Assembly: GCA_965113315.1 (NCBI GenBank)
Contig: OZ220364.1
Length of the DNA: 64,000 nucleotides
Direction: 5' to 3' (one strand)
Source: Podarcis vaucheri
Lineage: Eukaryota
Positions within the stretch are counted from its first letter, which is position 1. Every line of letters starts with the position of its first letter. The position numbers and the translations under genes are program-made. Shown here in pieces: positions 45,264 to 60,200 of this stretch. The notes under the pieces are model-generated. The model was not told the origin of the DNA, made no database searches, and was given only the letters and a program-made list of their open reading frames with translations.

Positions 45264-48200
45264 CTGAAGGAAAGAGAGGGGGAAACCATAATTAAAACAA
45301 TGACAGAAATAATTCATTACTTTTTCCTACCCAATTCATTATTCTACACCTATTAACAAAACCTGTAAGTTTAGGAGGAAGTTTAATAAAGCTATACAGT
45401 GGTACCTCGGGTTACATACGCTTCAGGTTACATACGCTTCAGGTTACAGATGCTGCTAACCCAGAAATAGTGCTTCAGGTTAAGAACTTTGCTTCAGGAT
45501 AAGAACAGAAATCGGGCTCCGGTGGTGTGGCATCAGCGGGAGGCCCCATTAGCTAAAGTGGTGCTTCAGGTTAAGAACAGTTTCAGGTTAAGAACGGACC
45601 TCCGGAACGAATTAAGTACTTAACCCAAGGTAGCACTGTACTATCAATGATATATAGCTCAGAAATATCACTGAGCATATACAGTGGTATCTCTGTCCTG
45701 ACCTTATGGGATAAATGTAACTGCCCAATTCAGTGCTCAAGGCTATTCCAGTGTAACTTGGTAACACTATCAAAATTCATTTGGGCTGTTTAGATTGTTT
45801 TCAACCTGAGGAAGCAGTATGGATTTAAAAAAAAATTCTTTCTACATTAAAGCCGGATCAATCCTATTTACAAGGGTACACTACTTGAAACCTTTTAGAA
45901 GGGTGCTTGCAAAGCAACCAAAATAAGAAAAGGTAAAGTGAATGCGGAAGTACAGAGAAACAAAAAGAAGTGACGAAAACTAGTGACAGGGGAGTATTAT
46001 GAACTAACAAATCCATGTTAAGTCTCAAAGTGAAAGCTAATGAGGGAAACCTGCATAAGTGAATGCAACTGTACAAGAAGAATCTGAGTGTACAGCAAGC
46101 ACACTCTTAAAGACAAGAAGGCTCATTTGTTTTGGATGATAACTAAGAACCAGACAGGAATGAAATAAAAAGTCAGCGTCTGCATATGTAGGATTTTACC
46201 TGCCTTGAGGTTTGGATCACTATACATTTCCATGTAGTCTCCTTCTGCATTTTGGGTATAGCCTGGGTTGAGTTAGGCAGGGCATTTTCACTACCTGACC
46301 TCCATGGACCAGCTGAGCTAGCATCATCATCATCATCATTGCCCAGGCCTCTACAAATCTACCTATATGCATGGCCTGGGACTTTCAGTGTTCCCATCAT
46401 GTGAATTTGCATCTCAAATTAAACATCATCATCAACAAACATCCTGTCAGTTATTTCTGGTTCTTCATTGAAAAAAGATACCTTTGTGTACTAGGTGGGC
46501 AATTCCAAGCCAATAAATTCATGAAAATTAGCCAAACATAAAAGATGTGACCATTCGGTATTTTATGGCCTTATACTAATGGGAATGTGAACCTAAAGTG
46601 CCATTTAGAAGGGTGAGGGCCCCAACAGAGGAATCACCTCCCAGGAAAGGCTCGCCTCTCACCTATTTTAATATATTTCCATAGTAAAAAAATCCTCTCT
46701 TATTCTCTTAAGAATCAGATATATTAATTCATTTATATCTACATTTAATCGTAACTTGGAACACGGTTTTAGTGAGGCTGTGTAGTGGCTCTCCATTACC
46801 GTTTTATTACTTGACTTTTAGCCTCTGCTCCAGCTGTTTTGTTTTACAGGGATTCTGTGCTGTCATTTGACTGGTGTTTTATTTGGACTGGTGTTTTAAA
46901 TTGTTTTATTCATTCATCACTTAAAGAACTCTAGTTATAATAAATGTAACAATCAGATGAGCTCTGCATTTTGGATCCACATATAGCTTATGGAACATTG
47001 TAGCACTATTTTTTAATACTCCTCCACTGAAGGGAAGCGGAGTTTAACCAGGTCGGACATACACAAAGCAGAGAGCAGATGAAAGGTCAGAAACAGCATT
47101 TGTGAAGGTTTAAGACAACACAAAGCACATTCTCAAGATCACTGAAAGTGCGGCATGATTTTAATTACAAAGTAAAATTGCTGACAGTTGACCTCTGTTC
47201 AAAGGGGCTCTTCTCCCCTCCCTTCACAGTCAGCAAGTTTCTTTGTTTCACTTGCGGTTCTGACAGGGGAAAAGAAATAGCAGGTTGTGCAGAAAAAAAA
47301 CTACAAAGAAACAAAACAGAGGCCACAAAGCTGATTATGTGACCCGGGTACAGGCCCATTTTATTCCTAACAATTCTATTACCAAAACACTAATTTCTGT
47401 GTCCTGTTATTTTTAGATCTGTACTCTGTATGCAAGACTTACTGATATCAGTATAGAACAAACTAGAGCCCTGATGTAGCACAAAGGTTTGTGACCCTGG
47501 TGATGACAAAAAGGGCAAAACAATCCTCTTAATGTAAGCCTGTCCTAGGTGCAAGATCTCTCTTTGTGATTCACTAGATTTATTGGCACACTTACAAAGC
47601 AGCCTTGCAGCTGAAGCCGATACATAACTAAAAAAAACAATTTTTCAAGTCAGGCAGTGTGCTTTTGCTGACTAAATACGAGCGTCAATGAATTCTCAAA
47701 TATTTCGTAACAGAATAAACTGGGAATGGCAAAGCCACTTGGAACCTCTAATGAACAAACTCCTGTGGTAAAGCAGGTTGATTTGTAATCTCCAACTACA
47801 CCTTTGTAACCTATTTTGCTAAAGGTTTTCATGTATAAAGTCAAACATCTTCCATCTTTATTTTTCCCATCCTTCTGAACTTACAGATTAGATTCACTCA
47901 AAAGAAGTGAACTAAGGGAAGGTTGAGCAGTTCTTTAAAATGCAGACAGCACTTATTTCTTCCTCTGATTGTGAACAATTTGGACAGTTCAAAAATCAGA
48001 ACCCTCTACATGCCCAACACATTTCAGGTGCCATGGCCACAGCAGACTTTTAAAACAAAATTTGCAACTTGGGAGGTCCCGATTATCCACTTTTCCCTTT
48101 CAGCAGTTATCATTTGGCTTAGAAATATGAACGCCAAATATTTCTGAATCAGTCCTGAAGCGTATACCTCTTGCCTCAAAATCCTTAGATAGAGAGTTAT

Positions 48201-51200
48201 AGTCATACCTCATTTTGCGTCCGGGATCCGTTCCGGAGCCCTGGACGTTCAACAAAAGAGACCTTCAAAAAAGCGCCACTCTGCACATGTGCAAAAGCGT
48301 GATTTAGCAGAAGCGCATGCGCCAAAACCAGAAGTAACCCTTTCTGGTACTTATGGGTTTGCCATGGATGTTCAATGAAATGGACCCTAAATGGGGAGGA
48401 CTCAAAACGAGTGTACTTGGAGAGTTGTCCTTGGTAGATGACACTTAAGTTAGCATACTTAATAATAAATTGTGTTATTTAACTGAATTAATAATTCTCA
48501 TGTTTTTAAGCTTATCAATATCATTACCACTTAAAATACTGGTAACAGTTCTCTAATTGCTGCTTTTATTGCTAAATGATCTAACACACCTATCGGTGTT
48601 ATTCCTCCTAACCTTCTTTATGGTGCCCACTGATAATCAGCACTTTATTCTGAATCAAGAGTCCAAATGAGTCACTGACTGTACCTTTATTAGATATATT
48701 AAGGTTTCTTGAAGCTGAGATCTAGTAAGAACTGTCGGAGGTAATGTTGGAACATCTACTGCGCCAAGAGTGAGAGGAGAAGAGGAACCAACTTTGTTTT
48801 CGATGTCGGAGGACTTCATAGCTGACTGTTGGAACACACTAGGTGACAAGAGGACTGAAGGTGCCATTGTGGTTGTAGCTGCAGCAAACTGTGGGGAAGC
48901 AACCTGCAAAAACAAGAAATCAAATGAGATGGGATTTTTTCCCCCTCATTTTTAAAGAACTATCTAGATATATTAAAGCCTCTTCCGACATTACCTTTCT
49001 GGTACTGTTTGAAGTCCCAGTTAAAATAGCAGGAACCAGTGATGTAGCTCCTTGGCACACCGGCAAAAGAAGCGGCTGCTTCACTGGCTCTTATGTGACC
49101 TGGGCGCTTCCAACATTACACAAGCTGCAGGGACTTGCAGGCAGAAATGAAACGACTTAAGTTGAAAGGGCCTCACAAAAGCCATGGATGCTAACAGTAA
49201 CCACTGTGACCAACCTGGATCACAACGTTCAGTAAATAATTAATAAACCCAAATTTTTATTCTGGCATACTAATGTGGTAGCTCAAAGAGAACTCTGTAG
49301 CAATTTACATTAATATGGATAGCAATACAATTGTTGATGCCTTCTTGGACTATTTGTACCAGCATATAAACTCGATTTTATAAAGAAATGAGAGATTACT
49401 AAGATGTGCTCTGGAAAAATTGGGCACTTTTATAGAGAGCAGCCAATTGCATTATTGTTTTATGAGCTACAAGGGAAAGGATTGTTGGCTAGGCATATTT
49501 CAATTCTTGCAAGACCTGGTGGTCTCCAAAAGGAGTATACTAGTAAAGGAGAACTAAAAGGTAAAGGGACCCCTGACCATTAGGTCCAGTTGTGGCCGAC
49601 TCTGGGGTTGAAGCTCATCTCGCTTTATTGGCCGAGGGAGCCGGCATACAGCTTCCAGGTCATGTGGCCAGCATGACTAAGCCACTTCTGGCGAACCAGA
49701 GCAGCGCACGGAAATGCCGTTTACCTTCCCGCCGGTATCTAGTTGCACTTTGAGGTGCTTTCAAACTGCTAGGTTGGCAGGAGCAGGGACCGAGCAACGG
49801 GAGCTCACCCCGTCACAGGGATTCAAACCGACGACCTTCTGATCGGCTAGTCCTAGGCTCTGTGGTTTAACTCACAGCGCCACCCGCGTCCCCTAAAGGA
49901 GAACTAGGTCATCCTAATTAATGGATAGGGATCAGGATTCAAGACACATTGGGTTGTCAGCCTGGATGGAATCAGGTTTTGTTGAGAATTGGCCTTTGCA
50001 CAAATCCAGACAGGGAAAGACACTCTGGTGATGCAAGGATTTAAATACATACTTGGCTTGCCTTTGACAAAGCTTTGGGGTGTGAAAATGTTTCAAGCTC
50101 CTTGCTTTGCTGTGCAACCTACAATTTTAAAGAAAGAAATACGTAGTATCTGAACAATCCAGCATTCTTCTTAAATTTCCCCCTTTAAAAAATGCATACA
50201 CGTACACATGCTATTGCTTCATTTGTTAAATAAGATACCTAAGGTAACCTCTTATAAGAGTTCGTAACCAAAATTGTCAGTTACGTACTGTACTACTCCT
50301 CACCGCATGCTTGCTTGGAAAGGTGAGACTTGGTCTTCCAGATTCAAGCACAGTTCTCTGACCATCTAGTCTCTACTGACATAATCAACAAATAATCAGC
50401 ACAATTTCATCTGTATTGGACCAAAGTGTTCTGATCAATACATCGCTTTTAAAGAAAAACACTGAAAAGCCAACATTGTTAAAAAATAACTAACTGGCTA
50501 GCCAGAACAGTGTTATAAAGCACCCTTTACAAGACTAGTATCCAATATAAATGTCCAATTCACCCGCTGGCAAGAAAGAAATTGTGTTGGCACTTTCAGA
50601 CTCAAATAACATAGTGTAATAACATGAGAACCGCTGCTAACAGCACTAACCTACCAATGGTTTTACAATCAACCTTCTTGCTAAAGCAATCTACATATAT
50701 TAATTTACTAGGAGCCGCAACCCCTGCTCATTTTGCTCGCCCAAGCCGTGCACCTCTGTCCTCCCCACAGCTCGCCTAAGCAGCAGCTCAGGCAAGCCAC
50801 AGAGGAACAGGCAGGACAAGCTGGGGCAGCTCCCCAGCAATTGCCCTGCTCTGCTGCCACTTCCCTCCCTGGCCTTCCATGCTGATGAGGCTGGAATAGC
50901 AAAAGCCATGAGAGGCGTGCAGTGGCAGCAGAGCAGGACAGCTGATGGGAAGCTGGTCTTCTGCAGATCACCTGGGCTGCACTCCAACTGCTTGCTCCAC
51001 CCACTTGCCTCCATACCTGGGCCACCCGCCTGCTTCTCTATTGTGAACAGCAGTGTGATAACACTCTAACCATTTTATTATACACTAAGAGAACTGACCT
51101 GAACAGATGGAATTGCTTTACCGGTCAGGGCTTGTTTGGTGTGGGATTCTTTGAAACGATCTGGGGTCGCCAGCTGGCTAGCGGCCGAAGAGGAGTTAGG

Positions 51201-54200
51201 TGCTACTGGCGCTTTATTTGCCGACTGCTGCATAACATCATGTTGTGGGGTCAACCTGAGTTTTTGAAGGAGATCCGTATTTGGATGCGGCATGTTCGAA
51301 GCGCTTTCTGTACTGGTTGCAGCCAAAGATGTTAAGAATTGGTTCTGACTGGGAGTGATGTTCTGCGGACCGTGGTTCATATCAGACGGCTGCTGATTCA
51401 CAAGCGGAGACATTTGCTTGGCAGCCTGCTGCATAACTTGCAGCATGTTATTGTTTGTGCTGCCGCTCTGAAGCATTTGCACACAGGGAGCTTCTGTGGC
51501 CAGAGTGGAATTAAGGTTAGGGCTTAGCTGTACGGCATAGTTTGGAGCTTTATTCACTTCAGGTTGTGGGGCAGAAGGTGAGGCAATCAGTAAGGGCGGC
51601 ATACACTCCTGTGGCAATAAGGTACAAGAATTACTTTTGAAGCTTGAGCCATCCAGTTTCCCCAGAGGCTGATGGATCACTGTCGACTGCTCAAATGAAA
51701 AAGGAAGGAGCAAACTGTGCTCTCTGCATGAGGAGTCAGGCTTCTTGGTTCTCTCTGGATTCGAGTAGGGAACTGTACTGTGTTCCTTTGGAAATGAAGT
51801 TCCAAATAACTCTTCCACTGTTAGGTGTTTTGGTATGGATGAGCACGGCTAGAAATAGAGAAAAAAAGAACAACCAGAAGCTCAGCTTAAAATGTATGCA
51901 AAGACAAGTAAATTAGTGGTAGTGTGCAGAATTTAAAAGAGAACAGCTTGCTAAAAGTTATAGAGCCATGCAAAAAACACATTACGGGCCATAGGTTTTA
52001 TCAACAATATTTTTATACTTATGTGGCACAATATGCTTGTATATCACGGTGAAACAATACATGCTAACAACCAATTCTTGGAATCCCAATTGAAAGAGTT
52101 TGTTTTCCTACTGCTTTTCATTGTCCTTAAAATTGCAAAGCATTTTAATTTGCAAATACCTTTAAGGAGAGAATATTTATCAGGTGACTTAAAAAAATGA
52201 TGGAGCCGTAAGCACACTTGCCCCAAGAAGCTATTTATTTTCATACTCCTTCACCCATTCTACACAAATATTGCCATCCTATCTCATGGCAGTCCAAATG
52301 ATACTTCAAGGAATTATCGGTTTCGCCTCACAAATAAGTAGTTCATATCTGTAAAGATTGCAAACTATAATAGATAAGTACAAAAAAGGAGTTTAAAGTA
52401 GAAGTAAGCTCTGCACAGGGGCATAGGAAGGAATGAGCTGCTAGAAGGCCAACAAAAGGGTACTGGGTTTCTTTGCATGGCATGGTGTGTTACTGTACAC
52501 AAGGCAGGGCTCCAGCATGGAGGAGAAATGGGGTTGTGTGTTATTACTGCAAGGATTTATTTGCTCCCTGTGCACAGAAGCAAATATTCATGGTGAGAAA
52601 ATTAGCTCCCTGCCACTTTCAGAACTGCAAAACTCATTTATATATATAAAAAAATTGGAAGCCGTTTCATAATACAATATAATAAAAGACAAATGAATCT
52701 AAACGAAAAGAAAAAGAAATAGCAAAGTCCTCTCTCAAATAGATCTTAGCCCTTGTCTCACGGAGAATGGGGTTGACCCTTCCAGTTATCACATGAGAGA
52801 TTCCCTTTCTTCCCTTCCCTGCCTCTCACACAGGGCCCTTCACCAGCCAGCCATTACCTTCCATGTGTGTATAATCCCAATAATGGCCCAGAATAGAAGA
52901 CACCAAAAAGGAAAGAAGGGAGGGAAGAGAATAATAAATGGAAAAAAGGTGGCAGGGAAAGAGAAATAAAAAGGATGGAAAAACTCCTGTGATCTAGAAG
53001 TGTAACATTTTAGAATCTTACAACACTGGTTCACTTTAATCTTCAATTCCATACTAATAATTGGGACTATGCACCCCAAACCCCATTAAGAGCCAAAAAA
53101 GCACATAAGACTACTTCTGATCAAATGCATCAATTTAAAAATCGAAACATCCAAAATCCAAAATTCTCCTTGTAGATCTGTCAAAAACCCTCAGTGGCTT
53201 CAGTAAGACAAAATGGCCCTAAAACCCCATTTCTAGAAGGAGTCTCTCCAAGATTAAATTGCGCACCACTTCTTTTCCTCCATGAGATGGCACTATTAGC
53301 AGGCACAAGACCTGCTCATCTTATTTCTTGCAACCAATTTTCTGTATTAGTATACAGTATCTTTCTTGGCTATCTGTCTCACTTCTTAGCCAAAGCTCCT
53401 GTTTAGTTGACTGATAAGCTTTAAGATGTCCGATGAGGGCCAAAAGCTGGCCTAGGTGGTCAGACTTCCCTACTGTTGCTGTAAAAGCAAGCTACAGAAG
53501 GGGCAGAATCCAATGGGCGCTGCCCCATGTTTAGACATACAACAGAGTCATGAATGCTGCACTCATGGTTCTCACATTCTTCTTTCTAAGCTTAAAGCAC
53601 CATGAAAAAGAAGAGTTCCAGTCTAGCCTGTTTCTCTTATGTTAGGAACTCCTGTTGTTTTTAAAGCAGCAGGGGAAGCTTGAGATCACGCCACCTGAGG
53701 CGGCCCCAACAAATATAATATGTGATAGTTCAGCAGGTATCGTTCAACACAGAGTTCATCTATGCAGTGGTACCTCGGGTTAAGTACTTAATTCGTTCCG
53801 GAGGTCTGTTCTTAACCTGAAACTGTTCTTAACCTGAGGTACCACTTTAGCTAATGGGGCCTCCTGCTGCCACTGCGCCGCCAGAGCACGATTTCTGTTC
53901 TCATTCTGAAGCAAAGTTCTTAACCTGAGGTACTATTTCTGGGTTAGCGGAGTCTGTCACCTGAAGCGTATGTAACCCGAGGTACCACTGTACCTTTAAA
54001 ATGAAGACAACAGGGGTTGTTTCCAATGCTGTCTTTTCTGTACACAAAAGGCTCTTTGATCCAGCAGAAGAGGGAGGGGGTTGGGGTTTTTTGTTTGTTT
54101 TGTTTTTGGCAAATTGCCTCTTTCTTCTGCCGTCTTCCAAGTGATCTTCCATGTTGTTCTGGAGGGTCTCCAGTGGGAAGGGGGAAATCAGTGAAAATTA

Positions 54201-57200
54201 TTTCCCACCCCCTTCTGTTTATAGAAGCCTCTGCTGGATCCAAACAGCTGCCTATGAACAGCACTGAATGCAATCTACAGAACACCATGTTCCAGTAAGA
54301 AGGACCTATAAACTCATAATGGTTGTTACCAACTGGTGGCTCTGCACTAGTGTTAAGCACTTCCACTTGCACAAAACATGGCTCCCAATTTTACTGATCT
54401 CTCCTACCCAGGACAAGTCCCCTATGCCCCTCAAAAGCTTTTCCTGAGGATCCTCTGAAACACTATGGGATAAGGCACAGAGGGCGTCAATTGTTGGGGG
54501 GAATTGGTGAACATGGGGTGCCTTGGCTCACAATACTACCATTGGATACAACCAGTGCTTTTTTTCTTTAAAAATGTTAAGGAGTACTCTCATTTTGACT
54601 CAAGAAAAACACCATTTTATAGTTTAAATCAGGAAGAATAAATATAGTAAATGGATAAAAGGACAAAGATTCACAAAATATTTAGGGGTATGCGCCCCCC
54701 CCCCCGCGCGCCCCCCCAGAAAAAAAGCACTGGATACAACCCCATGATCCAATTATTATAAAGGTAACAAAACAGTGCAGTAGTGTCACAGTGCTTTAAA
54801 ATGAACATACATGGTCTTGCATTTGTAACATTGATGATCCATGCTCTGAAATCTCTGTATTTTCCGTCTTTGTGGGATTTGCACTTGGTTGTGTCCAACA
54901 AATGAGGTCACTCTTCTGATTCTAGAAAATAAAATGCATTATTGTTTTTAATTCCCACTCAGACGTGTTCATTTTTCGCACCCCTCTATAAGCCTCCCAG
55001 GAAGATCTCTGCCTCGCCTGCTCTTCTTCTCTCTGCACTTTTATGCTTTTCACAACATACTATCTATTCAATATTGTGGTGATCACACTGCACAATCATA
55101 TGATAGTTCTGCCAGTGTCATGGTAAAGGCACGACTTGATCAGAAGCTGATTAAACATTATGGCCAGTATCACCCAGCTTCAACCCAAACAGTTCTCCCA
55201 GCCATTGTCAGCTAGACAAGAATGCATGACTCAGGCCATTTGGGTTACCCAAATGAATGGAGAAGATACAGAATGTCTAGGCAACAGAGTTTTAACACAT
55301 CTCTTACAGCTATACAACCGGGTGCACGTCCTCTAAAAGGGTAGATGTGCTTACACTTGTGAAAATACACACCAAGGTGTACACAGAACAATTATAAAAT
55401 TAGCTAGAACAGTCATGAGTCCAGCATGTTTCCAGGCATTAGGCAAATGTACTAACAGCACTAAAATAAAGTGATGATTCAGCTTCATGGTTCAAGAGAC
55501 CTGCCAGTTTAAATCTTGAGTGTGCCATTTATGATGCAGTCAATAGAGCTGAAGTTGACAGTCTTTGCTGCTGTTGGAGAAAAAATTCAGTCGATATATT
55601 ACCTTATGCAAAGTTTTTCCCCAAGTACAAGCTTCAAGCTTCATGAGCTGACCATCATCACAAGGAAGTTAAGCCGACTGTAGCAAGCTGCAAGCTGCAA
55701 ACATGGCCAGCAATGGAAACCTGCCACATCACTACAACTTTGCATAAATATGTAAAGATGTACTTTATCTTACAGATTTAAAATTCACAACATAGACTGA
55801 CAATACCCCCTCTGCCGTGTCTGTTTCTCTCCCCCCCCCCCAATTTCCTGCACTTTTAGTGTGGTTAACATTTTGGTAAGGAATTTAAGCCCAATTTCAT
55901 TGTTTATAAATACAATCCCAAAATATCATTGCTTGTTTAAGGCCAGGTTACAAAAAGTGTTATAATCTTTCTGAAGAGGGAGGGGAAAAGTTAGCTATTT
56001 TTAAAAAAGAATCTACCCACTAACCAAACTCATTCATTTTCACATACAGACTGGATGCAGAGAATACATGAAAGATTAAGCTGATTTAGAATCCTATATT
56101 AAATCACTCAGGCAGTTACAAAGCTCTTTTCTCACTCCTTGCTACCCATTCTCATGCCGACTCTCTGCCCACCACATGTGGGCTGCAAGAGCAGGATTAT
56201 TTTATGATCCATCTGGACTGTACTAGGCAAATTTTTCTATAAAATGCAAATTCATCTATAATTATTATAGACTCAAGATAATTGGCAAGGAATTAGTAAG
56301 AGGAATGACATAAAAACATACACATGCTTGAAAAAGCATGCAATTAAAAAAAATAAGGAGCAATAATGTGTAAGTCACATGACACAGCAACAGAAAGGAC
56401 CCACAACTAAACAACATAAAACACTAATTCAATTTATACCAGGAGTTTATTTCTAAAGCTTCTCTCTCATTTCTTTCATTAAACAGGTGCTTTACAGAGC
56501 TGCATATTTAGAAGCATCACCTCTGAAAACCAAATTGGATAGCTGTGGTTTAGGGCACATTTCAATAGCTGGAGGAGTTATGCAAAGTATGCGCAAGAAT
56601 GTGGAGTCGGAGTCCCTGCCTCCCACAGATGGAAGAGGCAGCATTATAATGAATTCAACCTGCCCTGAGTGTACAGAATGGTGTATACATTAAATCAAGT
56701 GATTCAATTCAACCTGTCCAAGCTATTCACATTAGACCCCAAGAGAAAAGAGGGCATGCAGATTTAGACAGAAAGTTAGCTTACAATGACGTTTACAAGA
56801 CAGACAAGTAGACATATTTTCCAGAATAGTTCACATGATTAAGGTTGCCAAATTATTTCTGGGCTTCTCCTTTGTCTTTAACAGCATGGAAAGCAGAAAA
56901 TTAGGAGGTGAATGTTTTCTTTATTCCATTATGTAGATACAGAAATAATAATGTTAATGTCTCAATGTTGTTGAATTGTGTTGAGAAATCCCATGAACAG
57001 CGTTGCGGCCACAAAACATTCCACACATGAAGCGGGGGAGGGGAGTATTTTCAATGACTTCTCCTTCCTTCCGTCGCTCCCTGAAAGGTATACTGTAGCA
57101 CTAGGGGACCCTTCAGAAAAGTGTGGCAGGTGGTGAATAAGGCTTCATGGGAAAATTGCCATAAGTCATCTTCTCATCCATGACCGGGAACCTCTGGTGG

Positions 57201-60200
57201 ATCCAGGCCTCTTTCAAAAAATGGAAGGAGATACTCTGGACCCAACTAATTGAAACTGCTCCTTTTCTTAATTCATTCTACTCCACCACCTTAAAAAAAT
57301 CAAAATCAAGGAGTACTTGCTAATTCTCTTCTCTCTTATTACCTCTAGTCCTACCTGATTCATTTAACATGTCTCCCTGAGGAGGGGGGGAAGAAGATGG
57401 GTGGGGGCTTGAAGTAGATGAGGCGTACACGGTGCACACGTTTCTGAAGGACTGGACACCCCACCACAGGCGAGTTGGAGGGATGGTGGGGAGACTGCCA
57501 TAGTTAATAGAACCTAGGCAGTAATGGATGTGTGGTTGCAATACAATTAAGAAGACACAGGGTGAGCTAGACAACTATACATTATCTAGATAGATTACTA
57601 CTGAAGATGAGGGTTGGGAAGGCATTAAACGAAGAAATTTAAACTGATCAGATGTAAAATACTAAGGCAAAACCATATTTGCATGTTTAACTCACATAAC
57701 CCCCTTCTCCCAAATAAAACAGAAGCTTGGGGGGGGGAGAAATTTCTCTCCCTCTCTCTCTCATTGTTTCTCCTTATAAGTTTTCAGTCAACACTGTCAG
57801 AGCCAAGACAGATTATGTCGCCATTATTTTATAAACCATGACAGGCTACTGTTTTCATTTTTAAAAGGTACAGCAACTTATTCTAGCTTGGATAAACACC
57901 AATGTGTCTAAAATTGGTATTCCAGGATAGATGAAAGCCCTTAGCCATTTGCTTCATGATTCAACATGCCCTGAGGCATTGTAATATTGCCATGCACTGC
58001 CTATGATGATTCACTGCTCACTCTTTCTCCTTCAGCAAGTTTGGGTAAGGAGAAAGAAAACAGACTGTATTATAGTACTGAAGACTGTAAGGAAAGTTTC
58101 TAGTGTGAAGTTGTGCTAGGGGGATACTAAAATACAGGCAACTTTGTTGTTGCCCACTTTTCCTGGACTGTTGGTAATATAATCAAGTTTGCACAGAAGG
58201 AACATGAACCTTCAGTAATAGTATGCAACACCTCCGTTGACTTTTATCTCAGCTTCCAGAAAGGCAGCCATTTGAGATTGAAATTAAATTTCAAAAGCCT
58301 AATTATTTACAGTGACACACAAAAATTACATTAATGGAAATCCAGTTATTCTCAGAAAAACAAGGCAGGACAGCCCCATTTTGCCAGTGCCTACTGCTAG
58401 AAAAAGAAAAGAGAATGAATGGAAATAATTGAGGGATAACCATCCAAGAGTTAGCAAAAAAAAGTACACCAAGTTTATTTTGGCTCCCACTAAAATATGT
58501 AATGCAAGTCTGACCTCTGATTTCTAATACAGATACTTTCCTTACCTGTTCATATTCAACCTTAGCTTTGCTAAGCATCTCTAGGATATCGGTGCATCCA
58601 TTAATCCTGCTGACACTTCTTCTGTCCTGTAACAGCAGCTGGGATCTCTGAGCTTCTTCTTGCACTACTCTATGATAGAGGAGGGGAGAAACAGCATATG
58701 ATTAGATTTTATTAAAAATGTACAGCAAAACACACCATTCATATTTTCATATGTTTCATATTTTGAACTGAATACATGCTTCATGAATTCTGTGCACATC
58801 TTAACCCCAACGGAGCTATACGTTCTAAACCTGAATTTTATAATTTCAATTCATTGCTGGTTTCTACTTCCCAAAGCTGGCAGGGTTTTGTACAGTGGTT
58901 ATGTACAGCATTTAGATAACCTAACAGTAAAGCCATGTAAATGGGAGCAAGTAATACTGTAAACCAACACCAGTGATTCCACTGGTTATGACCAAGTTAG
59001 GCCATTTTCAAGATAGTAGAAGGAGTAAATGTACTTTCTAAAAAAAAAGCAGATCACTTACACAAACAAAAAACTTTCGCGCATTTGAAGGAATTTTGAA
59101 TTTGGGCTACTTGTAAATATGCTCAGTCACCAAGACACGCCAATTCACTTTTCATGTGAACATTTCCCACTTTTGTAGACATGTACAATATATACAGTGT
59201 GAAATACAGCAGCAGCCCATCAAAAAACAACACCAGGAGATTCCTTTATAAAATCCTTTATTAGCCACTACTCCAAAAATGTTTTATTGCCAACCAATAG
59301 AGCCCAGTTTATAATGACATTTTTTGGCACAAATTATCACAGGGAGCTCTAAGTGCATTATGGGAATAGCCCGATTCTCATCAGCTGGATGGTGTGTTTG
59401 TGTGCAAAATTCTGTATAAGAAAGATTAGAGGGAAAGAAATACAAATGATATAGTCTAGTCACTGAGAGGTATGTCTGATCCCTTCATGGCCTATTTTCA
59501 AGTGCACACTTACAGACTATTTTATTTCAACTTGCATTTTCAGTCAGAGCCTTTTAAAGATTTGTTTTGCTTCTGTTTTGCAATATACTGTGCTAACTTT
59601 TAGATTTCAGTTGATTATATTGTCACATTTATTTTGTTTTAAATGTAACTTTCAGTGTACATATGCATGGAAAGATGGGATATCAATTGTGTTTGTGTTT
59701 GTGTGTTTTAAAGGAGACTATTATTTTACCATAACCTCTCTCACTGGTCCAGAGCAGGAACATTGCTAGAAATTTAAAGGATCAGGGCACAAGCCCATGA
59801 CCCAAATATGCATTACATAGGAGCCATCTCCAGGGAGCCGTGGGCACCCACAGTAATGACTTGTGGAGGCTGAGCCACCACAAAGTCAATGAGAAAAGCC
59901 AGCAGGCAGCAGCGGTGCTGCCTCTGAGAGAGAAACAGTTCAGTTCCGTCCTCGCAGCCAGTAAGCAAGCCATCCTTTTCCAGGGCGTGGGGCTTGGATG
60001 TGGAGGCAGGGTCTCTCCACCTCCTAGTCTGAGCCTCTCCCCACAGAAAACAGTACACCGCTAGCTGCGGAGAGGAGGAATAAGAGCCACCACCGCCGCA
60101 ACATGGACATGTGATGTCACACACACACGCCTGCATGTAGTGTGTGTGACGTAGCACGCCCATGTTGCAGCGGCAGGCACCCACAATCCCGAGGACGAGA

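Noticed and set aside
50882-50910. CTGATGA-GGCT..AGC-AAAA hammerhead-like string
   Set aside because: The GAAA core is missing and there is no helix I or III.
55471-55552. GTGATGA...CTGA pair resembling a C/D snoRNA
   Set aside because: Antisense to the host gene and lacks a terminal stem.
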